64,000 bases of DNA, from assembly GCA_965232515.1 (NCBI GenBank), contig CBDDPY010000002.1, positions 5,226,193-5,290,192 on the forward strand, given 5' to 3'. The first letter of the stretch is position 1. Every line of letters starts with the position of its first letter. Position numbers and translations under genes: made by a program. Below are positions 19,867 to 29,623 of the stretch, piece after piece. Source of the stretch: Alphaproteobacteria bacterium. GTDB taxonomy: Bacteria; Pseudomonadota; Alphaproteobacteria; GCA-2731375. Under the pieces are notes generated by a model. That model was not told the origin of the DNA. It searched no databases and saw only the letters and a list, made by a program, of their open reading frames with translations.

Positions 19867-20676
19867 CTAGCTCTGGTCGCCAACCGCCAGCCAGTAACGC
19901 CGGTTCAGCTCCCACATGGCGTAGTCGTGCGCGTGCTCCAGACAGCGCCGCAGGCTGAAGGGGCCGTCCGACGACACCTCGGCAAGACACGCGTCATAGG
20001 CGCGCTTGGCCCTGTCGCCACCGCTGTCCAGCAATGCCGTCGCTGCCGTTGCCGTGCTTCGCGACCATAGGGACTGCTGCGTCTCGTCATCGACGCGGCC
20101 CACCGTCGGCAAGGCGTTGATCAGGCCGTTCAACAGCCGCGCGGCGTCAGCGCCCGCCCCGCCATTGTCGACGATATCGGCGCCGGTGGCGCGGTTCGGC
20201 CCCAGCGCCCGAGCGATCTGCTCGGGCTTGTGCGGCCGGTGGTGGCTCGGCAGCGTCACGGGCAGCAGCGCCACGTCGGCGCCGACCTCGATCGCCAGCG
20301 CCGTCGCGTCCAGATCGGCCAGCAGGCTTTCCGGCAGGCTGATGCGCACCGCGGCATATCCGCGCAGGCTTTCGAATTGGGCGTCGTCGCCGACCTGCAG
20401 GCGCAACTCGTCGCCCGTCGATGTGCGCGCGACCAGCGTCAGGTCGCCGTTCGCCGGCGTGTCGGCCAGCCGGTAGGGGCTCTTGTGCCCCGGCCCGGCG
20501 CGGTCCGGCTCCATGCAAAAGGCGCTGAACTCGGCCGCGCAGACGCCGTCGGCGCAACTCAGCGGCGTCGCGCCGTTGGTGGTGATCAACGCCAGGATCT
20601 GCGGCGCCGCCTGGGCGGCCGTCAGCGGCGCGGTCAAAATCACTGCAAGCGACGTCAGGAATAAGCGGAAGGACAT
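19867..20676 (-). CDS. secreted hypothetical protein
   Basis: Internal ATG of ORF 19867..20910, preceded by AAGGAGG. Signal peptide MSFRLFLTSLAVILTAPLTAAQA. No family recognised. Confidence 0.55.
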   Translation of the reverse strand: MSFRLFLTSLAVILTAPLTAAQAAPQILALITTNGATPLSCADGVCAAEFSAFCMEPDRAGPGHKSPYRLADTPANGDLTLVARTSTGDELRLQVGDDAQFESLRGYAAVRISLPESLLADLDATALAIEVGADVALLPVTLPSHHRPHKPEQIARALGPNRATGADIVDNGGAGADAARLLNGLINALPTVGRVDDETQQSLWSRSTATAATALLDSGGDRAKRAYDACLAEVSSDGPFSLRRCLEHAHDYAMWELNRRYWLAVGDQS

Positions 20677-20908
20677 GGTCTGGCCTCCTTTCCCCATGGT
20701 CCCGTGCTTTGGCGCGCTTATCGGCGTGGCTTCGGGACCGGCAGCCATGACGGCGGTGCCTTCACCGCAAACCGGCATCGTTCCACCCGGTGGATCAACG
20801 GTCAACCTTGCCGGCAGCCCACTGGCGGCAACGTGATCGGGCGGAAAGGCCTTCACGCGATGCGCGTTTCGCGCTTTGATCGCCGCCTGGCATTCGGGAG
20901 GAACGGCC

Positions 20909-21271
20909 ATGTCTCAATCCCAGCCCACGCTGTTCGCCGGCGCCGAGCCCTGGCGCGCGACGCTCGACGAGGCCCGCGCGACGCCGCTGTCGGAGGGCCG
21001 GGCCAGCGCGCTGTTGATGCAGCACGGCAGCATGACCTTGCGCTACTACGCCCCGCGCGGCAGCGATCCGCAGCAGCCGCACGACCAGGACGAGGTCTAT
21101 ATCGTCGCCAACGGCAGCGGCACTTTCGTCAACGGCGACGACCGCGTGCCGTTCGGCCCTGGCGACGTATTGTTCGCGGCGGCCGGCGCCGTGCATCGGT
21201 TCGAGGATTTCAGCGACGACTTCGAGACCTGGGTCGTGTTTTATGGACCGCAAGGCGGCGAAGGCGTCTAG
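20909..21271 (+). CDS. cupin-domain protein
   Basis: Internal ATG after GGGAGG. The HDQDEVYIV...G...F..G.VH pattern is the two-motif cupin core. Confidence 0.7.
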   Translation: MSQSQPTLFAGAEPWRATLDEARATPLSEGRASALLMQHGSMTLRYYAPRGSDPQQPHDQDEVYIVANGSGTFVNGDDRVPFGPGDVLFAAAGAVHRFEDFSDDFETWVVFYGPQGGEGV

Positions 21272-21292
21272 GGCGGATAGCGAGGAGAGATC

Positions 21293-22072
21293 GTGATGGT
21301 TGTTTTGTATGAAGTGGCATTGTCGCCCTATGCGCAGAAGGTGAAGATCGCGCTGATCGAGAAGGGCATCGATTTCGAGGCGCGGGTCGCCCAGCTCGGC
21401 GGCGACGATCAGGACCTGGCGCGAGCCAATCCGCGCGGCGAGGTGCCGGCGCTGCTCGACGGCGAGGCCTGCATCTTCGATTCCAGCATCATCCTCGAAT
21501 ATCTCGAGGACAAGTGGCCGACGCCGCCGCTGCTGCCAGCCGCCGCTGCCGACCGCGCCCGCGTGCGCATGATCGAGGAGGTCTGCGACAGCCAGTTCGA
21601 GGCCGCCTGCTGGGGCATGACCGAGCTGCTGGTCTTCAAGCGCGCCGAGGGCGAGACGGCGAAGGCGATGCAGGCCCAGGCCGCGAAGGACGTCGGCGCG
21701 ATCTGCGGCTGGCTCGAGCGCCAGCTCGGCGGCCGCGACTATTTCAACGGCGCTGATTTCGGCTTCGGCGACATCGCCGTGTTCCCCTACCTGCAGATCG
21801 CGTCGCTTTACAAGCTCGGTCCGGCCGAGAGCAGTGCGCTCGCCGCCTGGCTCGACCGTGTCCGCGCCCGCGACAGCGTGCAACGCGCGATCGCCGATGC
21901 AAAGGCCGCGCTCGACGGTCTCCGCGCCGTCGCCGGCAAGATCATGTCGGGCGAGGCGCAACGGCAATACCGCGACCACCGCCTGGAATGGATGGTCCGC
22001 GCCGGCGGCCTCGACGTCGTCCGGCAAGGCATGGACAACGGCACCATCCGCTTCTCGACCCCGCCGTCCTAA
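21293..22072 (+). CDS. glutathione S-transferase with a C-terminal extension
   Basis: SPYAQKV N-terminal thioredoxin-like motif and GEVPAL...DSSIILEYL G-site. It extends about 50 aa beyond a usual GST. Confidence 0.8.
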   Translation: MMVVLYEVALSPYAQKVKIALIEKGIDFEARVAQLGGDDQDLARANPRGEVPALLDGEACIFDSSIILEYLEDKWPTPPLLPAAAADRARVRMIEEVCDSQFEAACWGMTELLVFKRAEGETAKAMQAQAAKDVGAICGWLERQLGGRDYFNGADFGFGDIAVFPYLQIASLYKLGPAESSALAAWLDRVRARDSVQRAIADAKAALDGLRAVAGKIMSGEAQRQYRDHRLEWMVRAGGLDVVRQGMDNGTIRFSTPPS

Positions 22073-22105
22073 GGCCGGGAGCTTTACGGCGACCCATCAC
22101 AAGTC

Positions 22106-22132
22106 GTCATGCTGGCGAAGGCCAGCATCCAG
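22106..22132. repeat. REP-like palindromic element
   Basis: GTCATGCTGGCgaaGGCCAGCATCCAG. Confidence 0.7.
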
Positions 22133-22165
22133 CGGCTTTAACGCTTAATTGAGCGGCAACGAAAT

Positions 22166-22190
22166 GGATCCTGGCCTTCGCCAGGATGAC
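22166..22190. repeat. REP-like palindromic element, inverted orientation
   Basis: GGATCCTGGCcttcGCCAGGATGAC. Confidence 0.7.
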
Positions 22191-22216
22191 GATCGTTCAA
22201 TTTCCCATTCAAATAT

Positions 22217-22250
22217 TTCCATTTGGAATTATTCCATTTGGAATTATAAT
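22217..22250 (+). promoter_or_regulatory. tandem 15-bp repeat (putative MarR operator) embedded in a near-consensus promoter
   Basis: TTCCATTTGGAATTA occurs twice back to back (22217-22231 and 22232-22246). Each unit holds the imperfect palindrome TTCCA-nn-TGGAA. TTGGAA (22223-28), a 16-nt spacer and TATAAT (22245-50) lie within or overlap the repeats, about 20 nt upstream of the marR GTG. Confidence 0.55.
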
Positions 22251-22270
22251 GGGCCGACACGGAGAAACGC

Positions 22271-22732
22271 GTGGACGCGCTCAAGCTCGATGAATTGCTG
22301 CCTTATCTCGTGAACCGGCTCGGGCCCAAGGTCGAGGCCGGCTTCGCGGGGCCACTGCGGGCGAACGGCATTACGCTGCCCATGTGGCGGGTGCTGGCGG
22401 TGCTGCGGGTATCGGGGCCGCAGGGCTTGAACGATCTCGGCGCCGGCACCAGCCTGCCCTTGTCGACGCTTTCGCGCCTGGTCGGCGACATGGTCTCGCG
22501 CGGCCTGTTGAGCCGCGTCCGCAAGCCGGACGACGCCCGTGCGGTCGAGGTGGATCTGACCGAGCATGGCCGCGCCGTCGCCGATGCCGTGACGCCGCTG
22601 GCGCGGCACTACGAGACCGTCATGGCCCGCGGGTTTGCACCGGCGGAGTTGGCCGAGCTCCGGCGTCTGCTGATCAAGCTCTACGCCAATATGGATGGCA
22701 TCGAGACGACTTGGCGAGCGGCCGCCGAGTAG
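22271..22732 (+). CDS. MarR-family transcriptional regulator
   Basis: 153 aa with winged-HTH segment LNDLGAGTSLPLSTLSRLVGDMVSRGLL. GTG start after GGAG. Confidence 0.85.
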   Translation: MDALKLDELLPYLVNRLGPKVEAGFAGPLRANGITLPMWRVLAVLRVSGPQGLNDLGAGTSLPLSTLSRLVGDMVSRGLLSRVRKPDDARAVEVDLTEHGRAVADAVTPLARHYETVMARGFAPAELAELRRLLIKLYANMDGIETTWRAAAE

Positions 22733-22761
22733 CGCCGCCGACCGCCGGGAGGGAGAAACCA

Positions 22762-23970
22762 ATGGCGCTCACCGAAGAAACCCGTCGGTTCGACATCTAC
22801 GATCTGACGAGAGAATTCCTCGACGACCCGTTCCCGACCTACCACTGGCTGCGCGAGACCGACTCCGTGCACCGCAACAAGGACGGCACCTACTACATCA
22901 CGCGCTATGACGATGTGACGCGGGTCTACCGCACCAAGTCGATGACCTCGGACAAGACCGAGATGTATGTCGCCAAATTCGGCGAGGGGCCGCTGTTGGA
23001 GCAGCACACCAATTCGATGCTGTTCAGCGATCCGCCCAATCACACGCGCATCCGCCGGCTGGTGGCGCACGCCTTCACGCCGCGCGCCATGCAGGTGCTG
23101 GAGCACCGCGTCATCGAGCTGGTCGACCGGCTGCTGAACGATTGCGCCGCCAACGGCGGCATGGACCTGATCAAGGATTTCGCCTTCGCGCTGCCGGTCG
23201 AGGTGGTTTGCGCAATGCTCGGCATTCCGCCGGCCGAGCGCGAGCCGCTGCAGCGCTGGTCGAACGCCATCCTGACGCCGCTGGAGCCGGTGGCGACGCC
23301 CGAGATGATCGCCAAGGGCAATGAGGCGGTGACCGAGTTCAAGGCCTACCTGAAGGATGTGCTGGCCGATCGTCGCCAGCATCCGGAACGCTATGGCGAG
23401 GACGTCATGGCCGAGCTGCTGGCGGCCGAGGAGGACGGCGACCGGCTGAGCGAAACCGAACTGGTGCAGAACTGCATCTTCCTGCTGAACGCCGGCCACG
23501 AGACTACGACCAACCTGGTCGGCAACGGCGTCAACGCGCTGCTAGACTTTCCCGACCAGCTCAAGCGCCTGCAGCAACAGCCCGAGCTGATCGACAGCGC
23601 CATCGAGGAAATGCTGCGTTTCGACAGTCCGCTGCAGATCGGCAACCGCGGCGTCTCGGAAACGATCGAGATCGGTGGCGTCACCATGCCACCCGGCACC
23701 CAGATCATGACCTCGATCGGCGGCGCCAACCGCGATCCCGCCCAGTTCCCGGAGCCCGACCGCTTCGACATCGCCCGCACGCCGAACCGCCACGTCGCCT
23801 TCGCCGCCGGCATCCACGCCTGCCTCGGCGCGCCGCTCGCCCGCATGGAGGGCCGCATCGCCATCGGCCAACTGGTCGAGCGCTTCCCCGACCTGCGCCG
23901 CGCCGGCGACATCGTCCGCGGCGGCCGCGCCCGCTTCCGCGGCCTCGCTTCGCTGCCGGTCGCGGTTTGA
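22762..23970 (+). CDS. cytochrome P450
   Basis: Internal ATG of ORF 22384..23970, after GGGAG. AGHETT I-helix, EMLR (ExxR) and heme loop FAAGIHACLG. Confidence 0.9.
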   Translation: MALTEETRRFDIYDLTREFLDDPFPTYHWLRETDSVHRNKDGTYYITRYDDVTRVYRTKSMTSDKTEMYVAKFGEGPLLEQHTNSMLFSDPPNHTRIRRLVAHAFTPRAMQVLEHRVIELVDRLLNDCAANGGMDLIKDFAFALPVEVVCAMLGIPPAEREPLQRWSNAILTPLEPVATPEMIAKGNEAVTEFKAYLKDVLADRRQHPERYGEDVMAELLAAEEDGDRLSETELVQNCIFLLNAGHETTTNLVGNGVNALLDFPDQLKRLQQQPELIDSAIEEMLRFDSPLQIGNRGVSETIEIGGVTMPPGTQIMTSIGGANRDPAQFPEPDRFDIARTPNRHVAFAAGIHACLGAPLARMEGRIAIGQLVERFPDLRRAGDIVRGGRARFRGLASLPVAV

Positions 23971-23996
23971 GGGTCACGTCGGCACGCGATGGCCGA

Positions 23997-24100
23997 CCCT
24001 TCGAGACGCGGCTTCGCCGCTCCTCAGGGTGAGGTTCGGCCCTGCTATCAAGCCTCAGCCTCATGTTGAGGAGGGCCCGAAGGGGCCGTCTCGAAACATG
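23997..24100. repeat. long (about 100 bp) REP-like compound palindrome
   Basis: cttcgagacg...ctcctcagggtgagg...cctcatgttgaggag...cgtctcgaaa. Same family as the copy split by the IS at 46833/48045. Confidence 0.65.
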
Positions 24101-24131
24101 CGATATCGGGCTCGGCGGTTGACGTGCGCCG

Positions 24132-25034
24132 CTACGCCATCGCGTCCGCATACGCGCCGCCAGCGGCCAACAACCAGTCGCGGAAGGCAGTGACGCGGTC
24201 GTCGCTGGCTGCGGCCTTGCGGTAGAGCAGGTAGATCGAGCGGCCGCCGGGGACGAAGCCGAAGGGGGCGGCGAGGCGGCCGGCGGCGAGGTCGTCGGCG
24301 ACCAGCGGGTGCGGGCCGATGGCGACGCCGAAGCCGGTGGCGGCGGCTTGCAGTAGGAAATAGAAGGTCTCGAAGCGCTGCTCGGCGACCGGCCGCACGA
24401 CCGGCGCGCCGCCCGCCGCGAACCAGTCGGTCCAGGCCGAGGGCCGTGATTCCGTGTGCAGCCAGGTCTGATTGGCCAGCTTTCCAGGGTCCGTGAGGCC
24501 GCCGCCTGCGACCAGTCCCGGCGTGCAGACCGGCCCGATCAGTTCCTCCATGAACGGCTCGGCCGCGATGTCGCGGTCGGCCTCGTCGCGGTCGGCGCGG
24601 ATCATCAGATCGACATCGGTGCGCTGAAACGGCAGCGGCGTGTCGGGCGCCGACAACCGCACCTCGATGTCGGGATGCCGGGCCGCGAAATCATGCAGCC
24701 GCGGCATCAGCCAGCGCATGCTGAAGGTGGCGATGCACGACACGACGAGGGGTCGCTTCGTCGCCGCGACGCGCGCCTCGTTGGCGCCCATCTCCAGCAC
24801 GTCGAAAGCGCCGCGCACCCGGGCATAGAGCGCCTCGCCCGCCGGGGTCAGCTCGATGCGCCGGTGCAGCCGCCGGAACACCGGCACGCCAAGATCGGCC
24901 TCCAACGCCTTCACCTGCCGGCTAACCGCGCCATGGGTGACCAGCAACTCGTCCGCAGCCGCGCTCAGGCTGATATGCCGGGCCGCGGCCTCGAAGGCGC
25001 GCAAGGCGTTCAGCGGCGGCAGACGTCGGCGCAT
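24132..25034 (-). CDS. LysR-family transcriptional regulator
   Basis: 300 aa, LNALRAFEAAARHISLSAAADELLVTHGAVSRQV HTH. Divergent from the MFS gene. Confidence 0.9.
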   Translation of the reverse strand: MRRRLPPLNALRAFEAAARHISLSAAADELLVTHGAVSRQVKALEADLGVPVFRRLHRRIELTPAGEALYARVRGAFDVLEMGANEARVAATKRPLVVSCIATFSMRWLMPRLHDFAARHPDIEVRLSAPDTPLPFQRTDVDLMIRADRDEADRDIAAEPFMEELIGPVCTPGLVAGGGLTDPGKLANQTWLHTESRPSAWTDWFAAGGAPVVRPVAEQRFETFYFLLQAAATGFGVAIGPHPLVADDLAAGRLAAPFGFVPGGRSIYLLYRKAAASDDRVTAFRDWLLAAGGAYADAMA

Positions 25035-25130
25035 CGGTCACTCGATTTGTATGAGTTTTTTTCACACGATACTGGAAGAGAACTCCTTTGTCATAGCTAT
25101 TTAGACCGGCGTAATCTGAACTCAGCTCTT

Positions 25131-26354
25131 ATGGAGGCTGAGATTCGCAAGCCCACGCATATGGTCATGGCGGTCTGCGCGGCGCAGGCTATGGGCGCCA
25201 GCGGCACGATGTATTTCCCCGCGCTGCTGCCGGCCTTTCAGGCGGAATGGCAGCTCAGCAACGTCGAGGCGGGCTGGATCACCGGCGTGTTCTATGCCGG
25301 CTATGCCGCCGCGGTGCCGGTGCTGGTCAGCCTGACCGACCGTATCGACGCGCGGCAGATCTTTCTGTTCTCCTGTGCCGCCGGTGCCGCCGCCATGCTG
25401 GGCTTTGCCTTTTTCGCCGACGGCGCCTGGAGCGCGGCGCTCTGGCGTTTGCTGGCCGGCATCGGTTTCGCCGCCGCCTACATGCCGGGCGCGCGGGCCT
25501 TGAGCGACCGGCTGGACGGCGCCGCCCAGGTGCGGGCCGTCGCCATCTACACCGCGTTCTCGGCCGTCGGTTCTGCGGCCTCGGTCGGACTCGCCGGTCT
25601 GCTCGCCGCCCTGTTGGGCTGGCGGTGGGGGGCGGCCGCGACCGCGATCGGACCACTGCTGGCGGCTGCCTCCTTCGCCGCCGTGGTGGCGCCTAAACCA
25701 CTCGCGTTCGCGGCCGACGGCCGGCTGCGCGACGTTTTCGACATCCGCCGCGTGCTACGCAATCGGCCGGCCGTCGGCTATATGCTGGCCTATGCCGTGC
25801 ACAGCTTCGAGCTGTTCGGCTACCGCGCCTGGTTGGTCGCGTTCCTGGCCGCCAGCCTCGCGCTCCAGCCGGCGAACGCGCTGCCGCTCGGCGCGCCGCT
25901 GGTGGCGACCGTGATCATGCTGGCCGGCGTGCCGGCGAGCATCCTCGGCAACGAGGGTGCCATGCGCTGGGGCCGGCGCCGTGCGATCACCGCCTATGTC
26001 GGTCTGACGGCGCTGATCGGCTGCGCGCTCGGCTTCGGCCTGACCTGGCCGTTCGCGATCGTCGCCGGCCTGGCGCTGGTCTACGGCATGGCGACCATGC
26101 TCGACAGCGGTTCGCTCACCGCCGGTCTGGTCGCCTCGGCCAACGAAGCCGAACGTGGCGTGACCATGGCGATGCATTCCTTCCTCGGCTTCGGCGCCGG
26201 CCTGTTGGCGCCGCTCGCCTTCGGCGCCGTGCTTGACGTGGCCGGCACCGGCAGCCTCGGCTGGGGGTTGGCTTTCGGCGGCCTCGCGCTCACGGCGCTG
26301 ACCGGTCCGCTCTGGCTGCGCCTGTTCGGTTCCGGAAAAGGTCGATACGCATGA
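25131..26354 (+). CDS. MFS transporter
   Basis: Internal ATG of ORF 24456..26354. About 12 hydrophobic segments. Start uncertain. Confidence 0.8.
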   Translation: MEAEIRKPTHMVMAVCAAQAMGASGTMYFPALLPAFQAEWQLSNVEAGWITGVFYAGYAAAVPVLVSLTDRIDARQIFLFSCAAGAAAMLGFAFFADGAWSAALWRLLAGIGFAAAYMPGARALSDRLDGAAQVRAVAIYTAFSAVGSAASVGLAGLLAALLGWRWGAAATAIGPLLAAASFAAVVAPKPLAFAADGRLRDVFDIRRVLRNRPAVGYMLAYAVHSFELFGYRAWLVAFLAASLALQPANALPLGAPLVATVIMLAGVPASILGNEGAMRWGRRRAITAYVGLTALIGCALGFGLTWPFAIVAGLALVYGMATMLDSGSLTAGLVASANEAERGVTMAMHSFLGFGAGLLAPLAFGAVLDVAGTGSLGWGLAFGGLALTALTGPLWLRLFGSGKGRYA

Positions 26355-26887
26355 CCCAGGACACCATCGTCATCCGCGACAGCCGCGACGACGACATCGC
26401 CGCGATCCACGAGATCTACGCGCATCACGTGCTGACCGGCACGGCCTCGTTCGAGCTGACAGCGCCGGATGCCGCGGAAATCGCGCGCCGGCGCGAGGCG
26501 ACGCTTGCCGCCGGCTATCCCTATTTCGTCGCCGAGATCGACGGCCGTATCGCCGGCTACACCTACGCCGGCCCCTACCGGCCGCGCCCGGCCTACCGAG
26601 ACACTGTGGAGAACTCGGTCTACGTCGCCGACTGGGCGCAGCGCCGCGGCGTCGCCCGGGCGCTGCTCAAGGCCCTGATCGCCGCCTGCGAGGCCGCCGG
26701 CCGCCGGCAGATGATCGCCGTCATCGGCGACAGCGCGCACACCGCCTCGATCCGTCTTCACGAGACGCTCGGCTTTGCCCATGTCGGTGTGCTTCGCAGC
26801 GTCGGCTACAAGCACGACCGCTGGCTCGACAGCGTGCTCATGCAGCGCACCCTCGGCCTCGGCGACACGGTGCCGCCGACCGTCTAG
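26351..26887 (+). CDS. GNAT-family N-acetyltransferase (phosphinothricin-acetyltransferase-like)
   Basis: 178 aa, IYAHHVLTGTASFE...RRGVARALL (Q/RxxGxA acetyl-CoA motif). ATGA overlap with the MFS gene. Confidence 0.8.
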   Translation: MTQDTIVIRDSRDDDIAAIHEIYAHHVLTGTASFELTAPDAAEIARRREATLAAGYPYFVAEIDGRIAGYTYAGPYRPRPAYRDTVENSVYVADWAQRRGVARALLKALIAACEAAGRRQMIAVIGDSAHTASIRLHETLGFAHVGVLRSVGYKHDRWLDSVLMQRTLGLGDTVPPTV

Positions 26888-26980
26888 AGCACGGGGTTTT
26901 GCGGGCGCCCCGCGCTTATTGGCCGCCTTGCCCTTGTGGCTTGACCGGATTCTCGGCGGCGATCTATTGTAAAGAAATAT

Positions 26981-26997
26981 TTTTACGCGCGGTAAGA
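26981..26997. promoter_or_regulatory. candidate LacI-family operator (upstream of the regulator gene)
   Basis: TTTTACGCGCGGTAAGA, an imperfect palindrome related to the site at 28122. Confidence 0.4.
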
Positions 26998-27070
26998 TTT
27001 TGAGGCCGTTGTCGTCAAGATCGTCTGCGCGATCGATCGGCGCGCGGCGCGAGTTTCGGGAGGTGGCGGC

Positions 27071-28102
27071 ATGGATGGGCGCAAGATCAAGAACATGGAG
27101 GAGTTCGCCGCCGTCAGCGGGATTTCCCGGCCGACCGTCTCGAAGTACTTCAACGATCCCGACAGTGTCCGTGCCTCGACGCGCAAACGCATAGAGGCGG
27201 CGCTGGCGGACTACGACTATCGCCCGAACATCTTCGCGATGAACCAGAATCGCCGCCTGACAAAGAATGTCGGAATCGTTGTCCCGTATCTGGCCGACCC
27301 GTTCTTTGCCGAGATCGCGCGAAATCTGGAACGTCGCTGCATCGACGCCGGCTTCTCGCCAATACTTTTCAGCTCCCACGGCGTGCCCGCCTACGAGAGC
27401 GACATTCTGGACAGCCTCCGTTCGCTGAAGCCGGCCGGCGTGCTTTTGGCGCCGCTCGGGCGCACCTCCAAGCGTGACGCGCTGGAGAAGTTCTGCGCCG
27501 ACGTGCCGACGGTCCTGTTCGACAGCTATGTCGAAGAGGTCGGCGACGTGTTCATCGGCTCGAACAACCAGCAGAGTATTGCCTTGATCGTGGAATATCT
27601 CAGCCGGACCGGCGAGCCGCCGTGCTTCTTCGAGATGGAGACGCCGGTGAACCCGAACGCGAAACGGCGCCGGGCCGCCTATCTGGCCGCCATGGAAAGC
27701 CTCGGCCATGCGCCGCGCATCTTTCAGGCCAAAGGCATGGACTGGGACTTCGAGAACATCGGCTACGTCGAGGGCATGCGCGCGCTTTCCGAGGGCGCCT
27801 TTTCGACGAATACGATTCTGTGCAGCAACGATCGTCTCGCCATCGGCGTCCTCGCGGCGGCGTATCACAAGGGATTGCGCGTGGGGCGGGGGCATGGGCA
27901 TGCCCTGCGGATCGCCGGGCACGACGATCATCCGTTTTCACGCTTCACCTGCCCGCCGCTGACCACAGTATCGCAGGACTATGCCGCGATCGCCGAGCGC
28001 AGCGTGGAGACGCTGTTCGAGGTCATCGAGTCCGGCGCGCGCGGCATCTCGCACAAGACGACGTTCTTCGACGGCCAGTTGGTGATGCGGGAGTCGGCAT
28101 AG
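27071..28102 (+). CDS. LacI-family transcriptional regulator
   Basis: 343 aa, N-terminal HTH MEEFAAVSGISRPTVSKYFN followed by a periplasmic-binding-protein-like core. Confidence 0.9.
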   Translation: MDGRKIKNMEEFAAVSGISRPTVSKYFNDPDSVRASTRKRIEAALADYDYRPNIFAMNQNRRLTKNVGIVVPYLADPFFAEIARNLERRCIDAGFSPILFSSHGVPAYESDILDSLRSLKPAGVLLAPLGRTSKRDALEKFCADVPTVLFDSYVEEVGDVFIGSNNQQSIALIVEYLSRTGEPPCFFEMETPVNPNAKRRRAAYLAAMESLGHAPRIFQAKGMDWDFENIGYVEGMRALSEGAFSTNTILCSNDRLAIGVLAAAYHKGLRVGRGHGHALRIAGHDDHPFSRFTCPPLTTVSQDYAAIAERSVETLFEVIESGARGISHKTTFFDGQLVMRESA

Positions 28103-28121
28103 CCACCGTCGCATTCTGATA

Positions 28122-28137
28122 TTTTACACGCGTAAAA
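28122..28137. promoter_or_regulatory. candidate LacI-family operator upstream of the polyol transporter operon
   Basis: TTTTAC-ACGC-GTAAAA, with perfect 6-bp inverted arms, 70 nt upstream of the substrate-binding-protein start. Confidence 0.45.
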
Positions 28138-28206
28138 TTATTTCTTGACACGAAGTCAGGTAGGTTACTAGGCTCCCTGAAACATCTAAGCAAAGGGAGG
28201 AAAAGC

Positions 28207-29508
28207 ATGCATTCGACGTCATCGTTCTGTGCGGCCACCGCCGTCGCCCTTCTCCTGGCGGGCGGCGCGCTGGCCGAGACCATCACGATCGCGACCGTGA
28301 ACAACGGCGACATGATCCGCATGCAGGGTCTGGCCGACGACTTCACGGCCAAGACCGGCCATCAGGTCGAATGGGTCACGCTGGAAGAAAACGTGCTTCG
28401 CCAGCGGGTGACGCAGGACATCGCCACCAAGGGCGGTCAGTTCGACATCATGACGATCGGCATGTACGAAACGCCGATCTGGGGACGCCAGGGCTGGCTG
28501 GTGCCGCTCGACGATCTGCCCGCGTCCTATGACGTCGACGATATTCTTCCCGCGATGCGGGCCGGCCTCTCGGTCGATGGCACGCTCTATGCCGCGCCGT
28601 TCTACGGCGAAAGCTCGATGATCATGTATCGGACCGATCTCATGGATGCCGCCGGGCTGCAGATGCCAAAGGCGCCGACCTGGGATTTCGTCGCCGCGGC
28701 GGCCCGCAAGATCACCGACAGGGACAAGGAGATCTACGGCATCTGTCTGCGCGGCAAGGCCGGCTGGGGCGAGAACATGGCCTTCCTGACCGCCACCTCG
28801 AACGCCTTCGGCGCGCGCTGGTTCGACGAGGACTGGACGCCGCAGTTCGACAGTCCTGAATGGAAGCAGACGCTGACCTTCTACCTCGATCTGATGAACG
28901 ATGCCGGCCCTCCGGGCGCCTCGACCAACGGCTTCAACGAAAACCTTTCGCTGTTCCAGCAGGGCAGGTGCGGCATGTGGATCGACGCCACGGTCGCCGC
29001 GTCCTTCGTGACCAACCCCAACGACTCGACCGTCGCCGACAAGGTCGGATTCGCGCTGGCGCCCGACACCGGCAAGGGCAAGCGCGGCAACTGGCTCTGG
29101 GCCTGGGCGCTGGCGATCCCGGCGGGTACGCAGAAAGAAGCCGCCGCGAAGGAGTTCATCCAATGGGCGACGTCGAAGGAATATCTCGAGCTCGTCGCCG
29201 CGAAGGAAGGCTGGGCCAACGTGCCCCCCGGCAGCCGGACCTCGCTTTACCAGAACCCGGAATACGCCAAGGTGCCGTTTGCCGCGATGACGCTCGACAG
29301 CATCAATGCGGCCGACCCGACCAATCCGACCGTGGAGCCCGTTCCCTATGTCGGCGTCCAGTTCGTGGCGATCCCTGAGTTCGCCGGCATCGCCACGCAG
29401 GTCGGTCAGGAATTCTCGGCCGCGCTCGCCGGTCAGCAGACCGCCGAGGAGGCGCTGGCGAAGGCGCAGGCGCTGACCGCCGAGGAGATGGAAGCCGCCG
29501 GCTACTGA
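28207..29508 (+). CDS. smoE: sugar-alcohol ABC transporter substrate-binding protein
   Basis: 433 aa with a signal peptide and strong RBS AAGGGAGG. First gene of a six-gene set in the same order as the Rhodobacter sphaeroides smoEFGK-smoS-mtlK operon; the symbol rests on synteny. Confidence 0.8.
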   Translation: MHSTSSFCAATAVALLLAGGALAETITIATVNNGDMIRMQGLADDFTAKTGHQVEWVTLEENVLRQRVTQDIATKGGQFDIMTIGMYETPIWGRQGWLVPLDDLPASYDVDDILPAMRAGLSVDGTLYAAPFYGESSMIMYRTDLMDAAGLQMPKAPTWDFVAAAARKITDRDKEIYGICLRGKAGWGENMAFLTATSNAFGARWFDEDWTPQFDSPEWKQTLTFYLDLMNDAGPPGASTNGFNENLSLFQQGRCGMWIDATVAASFVTNPNDSTVADKVGFALAPDTGKGKRGNWLWAWALAIPAGTQKEAAAKEFIQWATSKEYLELVAAKEGWANVPPGSRTSLYQNPEYAKVPFAAMTLDSINAADPTNPTVEPVPYVGVQFVAIPEFAGIATQVGQEFSAALAGQQTAEEALAKAQALTAEEMEAAGY

Positions 29509-29623
29509 GGCGCGCCGCTTCGACCCGGAGGGCGGCCGCGACCGCCGCCCTCCGGGATTTCCCGACACCCGCGATACCATCCGTCCGAGACGGCGTGAGT
29601 CCGTCAACAGAGGAGGTGTCTCC

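Noticed and set aside
22217-22246. Perfect direct repeats checked as a possible CRISPR or minisatellite.
   Set aside because: There are only two 15-bp units with no spacers. They are positioned over a promoter, so they are interpreted as an operator.
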